From an uncultured Anaerolineaceae bacterium (GTDB lineage Bacteria > Chloroflexota > Limnocylindria > Limnocylindrales > CSP1-4), in NCBI GenBank assembly GCA_964650135.1, contig CAZYTQ010000005.1, forward strand, positions 6,887 to 55,168: a stretch of DNA of 48,282 nucleotides, given 5' to 3'. Position numbers and translations under genes: made by a program. The notes below the pieces were generated by a model that was not told the DNA's origin, did no database searches, and saw only the letters and a list, made by a program, of their open reading frames with translations. Shown piece after piece: positions 34,089-43,711 of the stretch (its first letter is position 1; each line of letters starts with the position of its first letter).

Positions 34089-35312
34089 ATGCGTCTACGC
34101 CCAGCAGGACCTCGCACAGCCTCCGGACCCCGCCGCTTGCTCCTCGTCATGGCCATGACGGCCATCGGCGCGAGCGCGACCAGCGCCGCGGTATCGGCCC
34201 AGACCCCCACCGCGACCCCCGGTGCGCCGCCGGCCCAGCTGACGGTCACCACCACCTACCCGTCGATCGCGGTCGATCCGGGCGGCACGGCCAAGTTCCC
34301 CATCCAGGTCACGTCGCCGGTCGTGGAACGCGTCGACCTGACGGTGGAGGGTGCACCCGATGGCTTCACGACCACGCTCAAGGGCGGCGGTCTCATCGTG
34401 GGCAGCGTGACCACGACCGGCACCAGCGTCTCGCCGGCGCTGGAGCTGGACGTCAAGGTGCCTGAGGGCACGGCGCCTGGCACGCACCCCATCACGGTCC
34501 ACGCGACGAGCCCCAGTGGCCAGGCGGATCTCGTGGTCGACCTGATCATCGCGGACACCGCCGGCGGCGACGTGTCACTGACCACCGACGTCATCGGTCA
34601 GCGGGGCAGCTCCTCGACCACATTCACCTTCAACCTCCGCCTGGCCAATGACACGGCACAGGAGCTGACCTTCACGTTCGAGGGCCAGGGACCCGAGGGC
34701 TGGACGGTGACGGCCCAGCCGAGTGGCCAGGCACAGGCGGCCAGCGTCGTGGTCGGCGCGGGTGACACGGAGAACCTGACGGTGACCGTGAAGCCGGACG
34801 TCCTGGCGGTCGCGGGCGACTATCCCATCGTGGTCACGGCCGCCTCGGGCGACTACGCGGCCCAGGCGCAGCTCATCGTCCAGATCACGGGCTCCTACTC
34901 CTTCGTGATGTCGTCGTCCGACGGACGGCTCAACACGAGCGCCACCGCTGGCCAGGCCACGGCCTACCAGGTCGTGCTCACCAACACCGGCTCCGCCGAC
35001 CTCGCCAACGTCGCGCTCAGCGCGACCCCGCCCACGGGCTGGACCGCGACGTGGGACACACCCACCATCGCGAGCATCCCGGTGGGTCAGAGCGTCACGG
35101 CGACCGCCCAGATCACGCCCGCCAGCAACGCCATCGCGGGCGACTACATCGTGACCCTCACCGCGCGCGCGGACCAGGTCACGAGCCCGCAGACGATCCA
35201 GCTGCGGACCACCGTCGAGACCTCGTCCATCTGGGGCTTCGTGGGCATCGCGCTCATCGCACTCGTGCTCATCGGCCTGTTCCTGGTCTTCCGCCGATAC
35301 GGGAGGCGCTGA
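34089..35312 (+). CDS. NEW3/CARDB-like repeat surface protein with a C-terminal membrane anchor (COG1470-type)
   Basis: Start ATG 34089. It has a signal peptide LLLVMAMTAIGASATSAAVSA. Repeated beta modules each end in a P/AxGxYxIxVxAxS motif (APGTHPITVHATS; VAGDYPIVVTAAS; IAGDYIVTLTARA). The C-terminal TM is IWGFVGIALIALVLIGLFLVFRRYGRR. Confidence 0.75.
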   Translation: MRLRPAGPRTASGPRRLLLVMAMTAIGASATSAAVSAQTPTATPGAPPAQLTVTTTYPSIAVDPGGTAKFPIQVTSPVVERVDLTVEGAPDGFTTTLKGGGLIVGSVTTTGTSVSPALELDVKVPEGTAPGTHPITVHATSPSGQADLVVDLIIADTAGGDVSLTTDVIGQRGSSSTTFTFNLRLANDTAQELTFTFEGQGPEGWTVTAQPSGQAQAASVVVGAGDTENLTVTVKPDVLAVAGDYPIVVTAASGDYAAQAQLIVQITGSYSFVMSSSDGRLNTSATAGQATAYQVVLTNTGSADLANVALSATPPTGWTATWDTPTIASIPVGQSVTATAQITPASNAIAGDYIVTLTARADQVTSPQTIQLRTTVETSSIWGFVGIALIALVLIGLFLVFRRYGRR

Positions 35313-35314
35313 CC

Positions 35315-36307
35315 GTGGCCGGCACGCCGGTGGTCATCCGCACCCGGGGCCTCGAGAAGCACTACCCCCAGGACGGCGGCGACGACAAGATCGCCGTCCG
35401 CTCGCTCGACCTGGACATCCGCCAGGGCGAGGTGTTCGGGCTCCTGGGCCCCAACGGCGCGGGCAAGACCACCACCATCCTGATGCTGCTAGGGCTGACC
35501 GAGCCGACGGCGGGTACCGCCGAGGTGCTCGGTTTCGACCCGCTGCGGGACCCGCTCCAGGTCAAGCGACACGTGGGCTATCTGCCCGACAACGTCGGCT
35601 TCTACGGGGCCATGACCGGCCGCGAGAATCTGCGCTACACCGCTCGGCTCAATGGCATCCGCGATGCCGGATCGGAGCCACGCATCACCGACCTCCTCAG
35701 CCGCGTCGGTCTGCCCGAGGCCGGCGAGCGACCCGTCGAGACCTACTCCCGGGGCATGCGCCAGCGGCTCGGTCTCGCGGACGTGCTCGTCAAGGACCCT
35801 TCGGTGGTCATCCTCGACGAGCCCACCACGAGCATCGACCCGGTGGGCGTCATCGAGGTCCTCGACCTCGTCCGCAGCCTCGCCCGCGACCACGGCGTCT
35901 CGGTGCTGCTGTCGAGCCACCTGCTCCACCAGGTACAGCAGGTGTGCGACCGCATCGCCATCTTCGTGGCGGGTGACGTGGTCGCCATGGGCACGGTCGC
36001 CGACATCGCGGCGCGTCAGCAGCGCGGGCTGCACGTGACCGTCGACATCGGCGCCGAGGGCGATCCCGCGATGGTGGGCACCCTCCTGCGGGGCGTGCCG
36101 GGCGTCGTGGAGGTGGAGCAGGAGGCCACCGACCACCGACTGTGGAGCGTCACCTGCCCGCCCGAGGTGCGTGGCAGCGTGCTGTCCACCCTCGTCACGG
36201 CGGGTCATGTGCCATGGCTGGTGCGCGATCGCGGCATGGAGCTCGACGAGATCTACCAGCGCTACTTCACGGTGAGCGCGGCTGCGCCACGGGAGGTGGC
36301 GGCATGA
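35315..36307 (+). CDS. ABC transporter ATP-binding protein (ABC-2 exporter type)
   Basis: GTG 35315 lies 2 nt after the upstream stop, with GGGAGG upstream. GPNGAGKTTT, YSRGMRQRLGLA, VVILDEPTTSID. Confidence 0.9.
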   Translation: MAGTPVVIRTRGLEKHYPQDGGDDKIAVRSLDLDIRQGEVFGLLGPNGAGKTTTILMLLGLTEPTAGTAEVLGFDPLRDPLQVKRHVGYLPDNVGFYGAMTGRENLRYTARLNGIRDAGSEPRITDLLSRVGLPEAGERPVETYSRGMRQRLGLADVLVKDPSVVILDEPTTSIDPVGVIEVLDLVRSLARDHGVSVLLSSHLLHQVQQVCDRIAIFVAGDVVAMGTVADIAARQQRGLHVTVDIGAEGDPAMVGTLLRGVPGVVEVEQEATDHRLWSVTCPPEVRGSVLSTLVTAGHVPWLVRDRGMELDEIYQRYFTVSAAAPREVAA

Positions 36308-37368
36308 GCACGCCCGTGACGACGTTCGAGGGCACGCCGGCCGTCATCGACCCGATGGTGACCCTGGGCGAGACCCGGTCCATCCCCGCCGGCTGGCGGG
36401 TCATCGGTGCTCGCGAGTTCACGGAGCACCTGTTGAGCGTCCGGTTCCTGGCGCTCATGCTGGTGCTCGGTCTCGCGGGCTTGCTCGCCATCTATGCCGT
36501 GGCAGGCACGTTCCGGGACGTGGCGAGCCAGATCGCGCGCTCGACCACCATCACGGGTCAGCAGATCCCGGTGTTCCCGCTCCTGTTCACCACCTCGCCC
36601 CAGATCCCGGGCATCAGCGGCCAGTCCTTCCCGTCCTTCGCAGGGTTGGTGGCGCTGCTCGGCCCGGTGCTGGGCATCGCCTTCGGCTTCGATGCCATCA
36701 GCTCCGAGCGGTCGGAGGGCACGCTGCCCCGGCTGGTGTCACAGCCCATCCATCGTGACGATGTGATCAACGGCAAGTTCGTGGCGGGTCTCGCGGTCAT
36801 CGCGATGATCCTGGGTGCCGTGATGGTGATGCTGGCGGGTGTGGGCATCGTGCGCCTGGGCGTGATCCCGGATGGCGACGTGGGTCTCCGGCTGGTGACA
36901 TGGTTCGGTGTGACCGTGCTCTATGTGGCGTTCTGGCTCGCGCTCGCGACGCTCGCCTCGGTGGTCTTCCGGCGAGCTGCGACCGCGGCGCTGGTGGTCA
37001 TCGCCATCTGGCTCGTGCTCACCTTCTTCGGCGCCCAGATCACGAGCGTCATCGCGAACTATCTCCGGCCGATCCCGGCCAGCCCCACGGCGAGCGAGAC
37101 CCTCGCCAACGCCCAGATGGTCGCCGACCTGGGTCGCCTGTCACCCATCACCCTGTTCCGGGAGATGACCCAGGCGTTGCTCGATCCGACGGTCCAGTCC
37201 CTGGACCCGTACTTCACGGACCCGACCAACCGGGCCGTGGTCACCATCCTGCCGTTCGGGCAGAGCCTGCTGCTCATCTGGCCACAGGTGGTGCTGCTCG
37301 TCGCCGGTACCGTGGTGTGCTTCGCGGTGGGCTACATCTCGTTCATGCGCCAAGAGATCCGCGCCTGA
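36304..37368 (+). CDS. ABC-2 family permease (NosY/COG1277-like)
   Basis: The ATG overlaps the ATPase stop (ATGA). The 354-aa product has an N-terminal TM, a large loop and 5 further hydrophobic helices. Confidence 0.8.
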   Translation: MSTPVTTFEGTPAVIDPMVTLGETRSIPAGWRVIGAREFTEHLLSVRFLALMLVLGLAGLLAIYAVAGTFRDVASQIARSTTITGQQIPVFPLLFTTSPQIPGISGQSFPSFAGLVALLGPVLGIAFGFDAISSERSEGTLPRLVSQPIHRDDVINGKFVAGLAVIAMILGAVMVMLAGVGIVRLGVIPDGDVGLRLVTWFGVTVLYVAFWLALATLASVVFRRAATAALVVIAIWLVLTFFGAQITSVIANYLRPIPASPTASETLANAQMVADLGRLSPITLFREMTQALLDPTVQSLDPYFTDPTNRAVVTILPFGQSLLLIWPQVVLLVAGTVVCFAVGYISFMRQEIRA

Positions 37369-37395
37369 GGCCCCGCCGACGAGGCGAGACAGGTT

Positions 37396-37425
37396 CGATG
37401 GGCGTCGCGCGAGCGGCGCCCATCG
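37396..37425. terminator. Stem-loop between convergent genes (9-bp perfect stem, 12-nt loop)
   Basis: CGATGGGCG (37396-37404) pairs with CGCCCATCG (37417-37425). It lies in the 57-nt gap between the permease stop and the cinA stop. Confidence 0.4.
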
Positions 37426-38601
37426 TCACGCCCGGGGATCGGGCTCCAGCCAGCGCCACAGTGCCATGCAGGCGAGGTTCGCGGCCCGTCGCCGACCCTG
37501 GTCACCGCCCAGGAACGCGGTGTGCTCCTCCAGCGTGGCGCGCACGCCGTCCGTGATGGCGACCCGGACCGTGGTGTCGGCCTCCCGCTCGTCGGCCACC
37601 AGACACAACCCGATGTCGCAGCCACCGCGCGCACGCACGGCGACCGCGGCTTCCTGCACGTCCGTGGCATCGGGCCACCCGGCAGGATGCACCTCCTCGA
37701 GGCGTGCCCACGGCTCGGCCCCGATCACTCCTGCCAGCTGGGCCGCGGTGCCCACCTCCAGCAGGGCCACCGTGCGCGTGCCGAGTCGACGAGCGATCGC
37801 GGCCGGCCAACCCTCGTCACCCCGCGCGAAGACGTAGCGACCGACGGCAGGCAGGAGCCGCTCGATCTCGGCGTCGACCATCTCCCGCGCGCTGCGGCCT
37901 CCCTCCGCCGTGGCGCTGACCCGCACATCCACCGCGTCGACGCGTGCATAGGTGGCGACCTCCGGGTTGGTCCGGCGGAGCGCCTCCTCGCCGATCACGT
38001 CGACGAGCATCGACTCCCCGATGCCCGACAGACGCAGCGTCTCGGCCGCACGGTCGGCGCCCAGGCCCGCCGCGCGCAGTCGGGGGAGCACCTCGTCGCG
38101 CCACATCGGCGCCATCTCGCGGGGTGGACCGGGCAAGGCCACGATGACCCGCCCGTCGGGCAGGTCCACCCACCAACCCGGTGCCGTGCCATTGGGGTTG
38201 GGCAGCGAGATCGCGCCCGGGATGAGCCACGCCTGCTTCTGGTTGGCTGCGGCATAGGGGAGGCCACGTCGCTCGAACATGCCGCGCAGCCACGCCTCGA
38301 GGTCGGCGTCCACGAAGGGCTCGACACCGCATACCGCGGCGATCGACTCCCGGGTGAGGTCGTCGGGGGTCGGCCCGAGCCCACCGGTGGTGAGGACCAG
38401 GTCCGCGTGCACCAGCGCGTCGCGCAGGGCGTCCGTCACGGAGGCCAGGCGGTCGGGCAGCGCGGAGAGCCGGAGCACCTCCACGCCGAGCGCCGTGAGC
38501 TCGCGTGCCAGGTCCCCGGAGTTGGTGTCACGGGTCTCGCCCACGAGCAGCTCCGCGCCGACCGCCAGCAGCTCCGCGGTCTCGAGTCGGCGGCGGCTCA
38601 C
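37426..38601 (-). CDS. cinA: CinA-family competence/damage-inducible protein (MoCF-binding domain plus PncC-like nicotinamide-nucleotide amidase domain)
   Basis: Start GTG 38601 overlaps the upstream stop (GTGA). LLAVGAELLVGETRDTNSGDLAREL, LVLTTGGLGPTPDDLTRE and NPNGTAPGWW are canonical CinA blocks. Confidence 0.85.
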   Translation of the reverse strand: MSRRRLETAELLAVGAELLVGETRDTNSGDLARELTALGVEVLRLSALPDRLASVTDALRDALVHADLVLTTGGLGPTPDDLTRESIAAVCGVEPFVDADLEAWLRGMFERRGLPYAAANQKQAWLIPGAISLPNPNGTAPGWWVDLPDGRVIVALPGPPREMAPMWRDEVLPRLRAAGLGADRAAETLRLSGIGESMLVDVIGEEALRRTNPEVATYARVDAVDVRVSATAEGGRSAREMVDAEIERLLPAVGRYVFARGDEGWPAAIARRLGTRTVALLEVGTAAQLAGVIGAEPWARLEEVHPAGWPDATDVQEAAVAVRARGGCDIGLCLVADEREADTTVRVAITDGVRATLEEHTAFLGGDQGRRRAANLACMALWRWLEPDPRA

Positions 38602-39806
38602 GGCGTGACCTGCCGGGTCGGCACCGCTGGCTCGCCCGTCGCTTGGGGCGACCCGTGCGCTGGCTCGACCGTCGTGTCGGCTGACCCATGCGTCGGGGGC
38701 CGATCCAGACCCGACCGACGCCGCGCGACACGCACCCAGGTGCGCCGGGCGGCGAGGAACGCGGGCCGCAGGAGCGGCATCGTCTGGAGGTCGTAGGACC
38801 CCGGGTATCGCAGCTCGACACCACCGAAGCCCGCCTTGAACTGGTCGATGCCGCCGTGGGCGATGCCCCACATGTCATATCGGGTCGCGCCGGCGGCCGC
38901 GGCGATGGCCATCGACTCCCACTTGAGCAGGTGGTTGGCACGCGACTCGGCGCCCGCATCGTCCATGCCGCCACTCGGCTCCACGACGGTGTCGCCACAG
39001 CGCACGAGCTGGAGGCCCGCCACGGCGGTGCCGTCAGCGGTCCGCGCCATGAGCATCCAGGCATCGTCCCCGAACACCTCGAGGATGCGGGCATACGAGC
39101 CCGCCTCGCGTGCGAAGAAGCCCGCTCGATGTGCCGTCGTCGCCAGCAACCGATGGAACTCGGGGATGGCCGACGACCCCTCCCGGGTGACCGTGATGCC
39201 GCTCTTGCGGGCCGCATTGATGTAGCGTCGGGTGCGGGAGCGCACGTCCTGCCACATCCGGTCGGTGTCGGTCAGGTCCACGACCCGCGTACGGTCATGC
39301 TGGACGGGATCGCTCGCCACCCAGCCGAGAGCCGCCAGCCCATCGGCCGGGTCCCCGTCGGGCACCGGGCTCAGCGCGGCGGACCCGGCATCGACCGCGC
39401 TCCGCTCGGCGCCGGGTGGTGCGGGTGCGTCGCCATCGCCAGCCGCGACGACCGATGGCCACGGCGGCTCGATGGTCACGTGGCTGAGCCGCTCGCTGCG
39501 TGCGACGCGTCGCAGCGCGGCGGTGAGCGCGCCGAGGCTCGCGGGGTCGGTGGCACCGATCGGTCCGCGGGGCGCGTAGCCGACCGCGAACGGCCCCGGA
39601 CCCAGCGGCCGGATGAGCAGCTGGAGCCCGACCGGGCCGGACCCGGCGTCCGCGACCACCCGTCGATGTCGCCAGCCGGATGCCGCCTTGACGGTCGCCC
39701 ATCCGGTGAGCTGGAGGTACGAGCCGCGCGGGTCCTGGCGGACGAGCCGATCCCACGCGGCGTCGTCCGTGGCCAGGTCCTTCGACCGGGACGATGTGGT
39801 GCCCAT
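38598..39806 (-). CDS. FemAB-family peptidoglycan aminoacyltransferase-like protein
   Basis: 402-aa ORF. YLQLTGWATVKAASGWRHRRV, the paired GNAT-like halves and the C-terminal YDMWGI..GIDQFKAGFGG fit the Fem/MurM family. Confidence 0.75.
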   Translation of the reverse strand: MGTTSSRSKDLATDDAAWDRLVRQDPRGSYLQLTGWATVKAASGWRHRRVVADAGSGPVGLQLLIRPLGPGPFAVGYAPRGPIGATDPASLGALTAALRRVARSERLSHVTIEPPWPSVVAAGDGDAPAPPGAERSAVDAGSAALSPVPDGDPADGLAALGWVASDPVQHDRTRVVDLTDTDRMWQDVRSRTRRYINAARKSGITVTREGSSAIPEFHRLLATTAHRAGFFAREAGSYARILEVFGDDAWMLMARTADGTAVAGLQLVRCGDTVVEPSGGMDDAGAESRANHLLKWESMAIAAAAGATRYDMWGIAHGGIDQFKAGFGGVELRYPGSYDLQTMPLLRPAFLAARRTWVRVARRRSGLDRPPTHGSADTTVEPAHGSPQATGEPAVPTRQVTP

Positions 39807-39878
39807 GCGCCCGAGTATGGCGGACGGCCGTGTGACCGGAGCATCGCGAGGCCGGGCGCCCAGGGGAGATGGGACCGG

Positions 39879-39905
39879 TTAGCGCTCTCCACCCGAGAGT
39901 GCTAA
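39879..39905. promoter_or_regulatory. CIRCE operator (HrcA binding site) upstream of groEL
   Basis: TTAGCGCTC-N9-GAGTGCTAA compared with the consensus TTAGCACTC-N9-GAGTGCTAA (one mismatch). It lies 116 nt upstream of the groEL ATG. Confidence 0.85.
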
Positions 39906-40020
39906 CCTGATGGCGGACACGCGACCGCAGCCCGCCCGACCGGCCCACGGTCCCGGTGCGCGCGGTCCTCGGATAGCCACTGCCGGCCGATGAGCCGGAC
40001 GACGGAGGACACACCGCAGC

Positions 40021-41658
40021 ATGCCCAAGCTCATCACCTACGACGAGGAAGCACGAGGCGCGCTCAAGCGCGGTATCGACGCGCTGGCAGACGCCGTGGG
40101 GACCACGCTCGGACCCAAGGGCCGCAACGTGGGCCTGGACAAGAAGTACGGCGCCCCCACGGTCACCCATGATGGCGTGACGGTGGCGCGCGAGATCGAG
40201 CTCTCGGACCCCTTCGAGAACATGGGTGCCCAGCTGCTCAAGGAGGCGGCCACCAAGACGGAGGACGTCGCCGGCGACGGCACGACCACCGCCACGGTGC
40301 TCGCCCGGGCCATCATCACCGAGGGTCTCAAGAACGTCGCGGCCGGCGCGAACCCGATGCAGATGAAGATCGGCATCGACGCGGCGGAGAAGGCGCTGTC
40401 GGCGTCCATCCGTGCCGCCTCGATCCCGGTCAAGGGTCACGAGGAGATCGCCCAGGTGGCGACGGTCAGCGCGGCTGACCCGGCCATCGGCGACCTCATC
40501 GCGGACGTCTTCGACAAGACCGGCAAGGATGGTGTCATCACGGTCGAGGAATCGAAGTCCATGAGCTTCGAGACCGAGTATGTCGAGGGCATGCAGTTCG
40601 ACCGTGGCTACCTGTCGGCGTACTTCGTGACCGACACGGGTCGCATGGAAGCGACCCTCGACGACCCCTTCATCCTCATCACGGACAAGAAGATCTCGTC
40701 CGTGACGGACATGCTGCCGGCGCTGGAGAAGGCGCTCCAGTCGGGCAAGAAGGACATCCTCATCATCGCCGAGGACGTCGACGGCGAGGCGCTGCCGATG
40801 CTCGTGGTGAACAAGCTCCGGGGCATCGTCAACGTGCTCGCGGTCAAGGCACCCGGCTTCGGTGATCGACGCAAGGAGATGCTGCGCGACATCGCGGTGC
40901 TCACGGGCGGCCAGGTCATCAGCGAGGAGCTGGGCCGCAAGCTCGACTCGGTGGAGCTGGCGGACCTGGGTCGGGCGCGCCGCGTGGTGGCGACCAAGGA
41001 TGCCACCACCGTCATCGAAGGTCGTGGCGAGCAGTCCGAGATCGACGGCCGGATGAAGGCCATCAAGGCCCAGATCGAGGAGACCACCTCCGACTACGAC
41101 CGCGAGAAGCTCCAGGAGCGTCTCGCCAAGCTGGCCGGTGGCGTCGCGATCATCAAGGTCGGAGCGGGCACCGAGGTCGAGCTCAAGGAGAAGAAGCACC
41201 GCGTGGAGGACGCCTTGTCCGCCACCCGGTCCGCGCTGGAGGAGGGCCTCGTGCCCGGTGGCGGCGTGGCGCTCCTGAACGCGCGCCAGGCGCTCGACGG
41301 CATCTCGCTCGAGGGCGACGCCCAGACCGGCGTCAACATCGTCAAGCGGGCGCTCGATGAGCCGATCCGTCTGCTCGCCCAGAACGCGGGTCTCGACGGC
41401 AACGTGGTCATCGAGAACATCCGCCGCGCACAGGCGGAGAAGGGCTCGACCACCATCGGCTACAACGTCATGACCGACGAGTACGTCGACATGCTCGCCG
41501 CCGGGATCGTGGACCCCGCCAAGGTCACCCGAAGCGCGGTCGAGAACGCCGCGTCCATCGCGGCGATGGTGCTCACGACCGAGGCCATGATCACCGACAA
41601 GCCCGAGCCCAAGCCGGCCGCGCCGGCCATGCCGCCCGGCGGCGGCATGGACTTCTAG
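40021..41658 (+). CDS. groL: Chaperonin GroEL (60 kDa)
   Basis: 545 aa with GGAGGA upstream. [12 protein letters not shown], the full-length GroEL layout, and the C-terminal PGGGMDF tail. Confidence 0.97.
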   Translation: MPKLITYDEEARGALKRGIDALADAVGTTLGPKGRNVGLDKKYGAPTVTHDGVTVAREIELSDPFENMGAQLLKEAATKTEDVAGDGTTTATVLARAIITEGLKNVAAGANPMQMKIGIDAAEKALSASIRAASIPVKGHEEIAQVATVSAADPAIGDLIADVFDKTGKDGVITVEESKSMSFETEYVEGMQFDRGYLSAYFVTDTGRMEATLDDPFILITDKKISSVTDMLPALEKALQSGKKDILIIAEDVDGEALPMLVVNKLRGIVNVLAVKAPGFGDRRKEMLRDIAVLTGGQVISEELGRKLDSVELADLGRARRVVATKDATTVIEGRGEQSEIDGRMKAIKAQIEETTSDYDREKLQERLAKLAGGVAIIKVGAGTEVELKEKKHRVEDALSATRSALEEGLVPGGGVALLNARQALDGISLEGDAQTGVNIVKRALDEPIRLLAQNAGLDGNVVIENIRRAQAEKGSTTIGYNVMTDEYVDMLAAGIVDPAKVTRSAVENAASIAAMVLTTEAMITDKPEPKPAAPAMPPGGGMDF

Positions 41659-41697
41659 TCCCGAGGCATCCCGCGGCGGACGCCGCCACCGCGCATC

Positions 41698-41728
41698 GAG
41701 AGGCCCGGTCGTCACGACCGGGCCTCTC
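41698..41728 (+). terminator. Strong stem-loop after groEL (14-bp perfect stem, 3-nt loop)
   Basis: GAGAGGCCCGGTCG-tca-CGACCGGGCCTCTC, 40 nt after the groEL stop and between convergent genes. Confidence 0.75.
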
Positions 41729-41790
41729 GCGTGTCTCGCCTATCCTGGGCACCCGGACGCACCACGTGGCCCGCCCGGGAGCGGCCTGGA

Positions 41791-42234
41791 TCAGCCGCGG
41801 ATCTCGGTCTCGATCGGATCGAGATGGCTCGCGCGATGCGCCGAACGGTCGATGGAGCGCTCCATGCCGCCCGCGATCGCGGCCTCCACCACCGCGTCAG
41901 GGAGCGTGGCCACGTATCGGTCACACGCCTCGGCCGCGGCCAGCGCAGCCGCCCGTGCCACGCTCGGCGTCACACCTGCCCAGGTGTCGAGGGCGGCATC
42001 GTTCACGAGGTCCGTGAAGGGCAGGCCGAGGCTGGGCGGCAGGAGCTCGCCGGCCCTGATCGTGGTCTCCCAGCGGCGCATCGTGAAGCGGTCCCAGAAC
42101 GCGAGATGGAGGAGCGTCAGGGTGATGGTCCAGCCCGTCACCTGCCGCTCGAGGTCGGCATCCGTCAGCCGGGTGACGAGGTTCGCCAGTCGCTCGCGTG
42201 ATCGGTCATTGCGCTCGACATACCTGCGGTCCAA
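41791..42234 (-). CDS. DinB-family (four-helix-bundle) protein
   Basis: Start proposed at TTG 42234, just after AGGAGGAGGA. RLANLVTRLTDADLERQV, LHLAFWDR and the C-terminal HRASHL fit the His-triad spacing of DinB/MDMPI-like proteins. Confidence 0.6.
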   Translation of the reverse strand: MDRRYVERNDRSRERLANLVTRLTDADLERQVTGWTITLTLLHLAFWDRFTMRRWETTIRAGELLPPSLGLPFTDLVNDAALDTWAGVTPSVARAAALAAAEACDRYVATLPDAVVEAAIAGGMERSIDRSAHRASHLDPIETEIRG

Positions 42235-42280
42235 TGGTCCTCCTCCTGGGATGCCGGGCGGGCGGCCCGTCCGATCGACG

Positions 42281-42499
42281 CTACCAGAGGCCACCATCCT
42301 CGTGGAGGTCACGCTCCCACAGGAAGTCGTCGAATGCACGGGCCCGTTGGCATGCGCCGCACATCGGTCCGGTGGGATGATGCGGGTCATCGTCCGCGTC
42401 CCCGGCCACGGCACCGCCACACACGCTGCAGGTCGGCGGCATGGCCCAGGGCGTCGAGCGGCCCGCAGGATCGTCGAGGTCGTCCACGTGGGGCATCAT
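42281..42499 (-). CDS. Small acidic zinc-ribbon protein (two CxxC pairs)
   Basis: 72-aa ORF: MMPHVDDLDDPAGRSTPWAMPPTCSVCGGAV..GPMCGACQRARAFDDFLWERDLHEDGGLW. It is the C-terminal, non-Arg-rich part of ORF 42281..43396. An alternative start is ATG 42442. Confidence 0.5.
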   Translation of the reverse strand: MMPHVDDLDDPAGRSTPWAMPPTCSVCGGAVAGDADDDPHHPTGPMCGACQRARAFDDFLWERDLHEDGGLW

Positions 42500-42533
42500 C
42501 GGACAAGGGTCGTGACAGGTTCCATGGCACGCT

Positions 42534-43448
42534 GTGCGGATGGGCCTCCTGCGATCCCTCGCGTTCGGTGTGGCCGTGCTCGTCGTCACGGTCCTGCTGC
42601 TGGTCGCCAACATCGGGGTCTGGGCGATGGCCGGGCTGCAGGACGCGCCGACCTTCGCGCGGCTGGGCAGCACCGCCCTGGAGCGGCCCGAGGTGCGCGG
42701 GCTCATCGCTCGGCGGGTCGCCGAGCGGCTGGCGCCCCTCGTGGTCGCAGCCGGTCCGCTGGATCCGGCGGTACGCCGAGCGCTGGGGGTACCGGCGCGG
42801 CCCACGGTCGCCGAGATGGAAGGTGCCATGCGTCGCCAGCTCGACGCGTTCCTGGATGAGCCGGGGGCTGTCGCGGCGCTGGGGATCGCGCTGGCCGGCC
42901 TGCACGACGAGGTCGCGAGCTGGATGGCCGCCGGTCTGCTCGATCGACCCCTGGCCCTTGACATCGGGAGCGTCGTCGGTGCGTACGTGCAGCGACTGGA
43001 TGCCACGGGGACGCTGGTGGACCGGCTGCCCGCGGACGTGGGCCGACTCGCGCTCGTGGACCCGGCGGCGACGAGTGTCCTGGGCACGGTGATCGGCCCG
43101 CTCGGGGTGCTGCGGTGGCTCCTGCCCATGGCCATCGTGGTCGCGGTCGTGAGTCTCCTCGTGCTGGCCCGGTTCCGGGCGCATGCGCTCTCGTGGGTGG
43201 GTCTGTCGTGCGTGGTCGTCGGGACCACCAGCCTCCTGCTGGCGTCGGGGGCGCCCTTGGTGGCACCGCGACTCGTGGGGGCCGACAACACGACAGGTGT
43301 CGCCCTGACGGGCGCCCTCGAGGTGCTCACGGCAGGTCTGATCACCCAGTCCGCGGTCATCGCGGTGGTGGGGCTTGCCATGGTCGTGGCCGGCATCGCG
43401 GCGGCGAGCGTGACGGCGGATCGCGATGATGCCGTGATGGCCGTCTGA
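42534..43448 (+). CDS. Hypothetical integral membrane protein
   Basis: 304-aa ORF with an N-terminal TM, a helical domain of about 150 aa and 3-4 C-terminal TM helices. No family was recognised. Confidence 0.6.
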   Translation: MRMGLLRSLAFGVAVLVVTVLLLVANIGVWAMAGLQDAPTFARLGSTALERPEVRGLIARRVAERLAPLVVAAGPLDPAVRRALGVPARPTVAEMEGAMRRQLDAFLDEPGAVAALGIALAGLHDEVASWMAAGLLDRPLALDIGSVVGAYVQRLDATGTLVDRLPADVGRLALVDPAATSVLGTVIGPLGVLRWLLPMAIVVAVVSLLVLARFRAHALSWVGLSCVVVGTTSLLLASGAPLVAPRLVGADNTTGVALTGALEVLTAGLITQSAVIAVVGLAMVVAGIAAASVTADRDDAVMAV

Positions 43449-43711
43449 GTGATGGCATCGCGCCGCGGCGGGGCGGCACGCTATCCTGAGACCACCCGAT
43501 CGCCGCTGGTCATCCGGCCGTCGGCAATACGACCCGCCGGATCGGCCACCCACGCAGCGAGGGCATCCTGAGCGTCCAGTCCGATCCCAGCGACCGACCG
43601 ACACCCGGCGCGACCACGCCGGGCGCTGGTGGTGCCACGCCACCGCCGCCGGGTGACCCACCGCCACCGCCCCCCGGTGGCGGTGATCCGGACCATGACG
43701 CGGATCCGGGT

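Noticed and set aside
43490-43711. An open in-frame proline-rich stretch (..TPPPPGDPPPPPPGGGDPDHDADPG) directly upstream of the Holin-X-like gene, suggesting a longer N-terminus.
   Set aside because: No ATG, GTG or TTG codon occurs in this frame between the stop at 43487-43489 and GTG 43712. It cannot be translated as part of the gene without a non-canonical start or an undetected frameshift.
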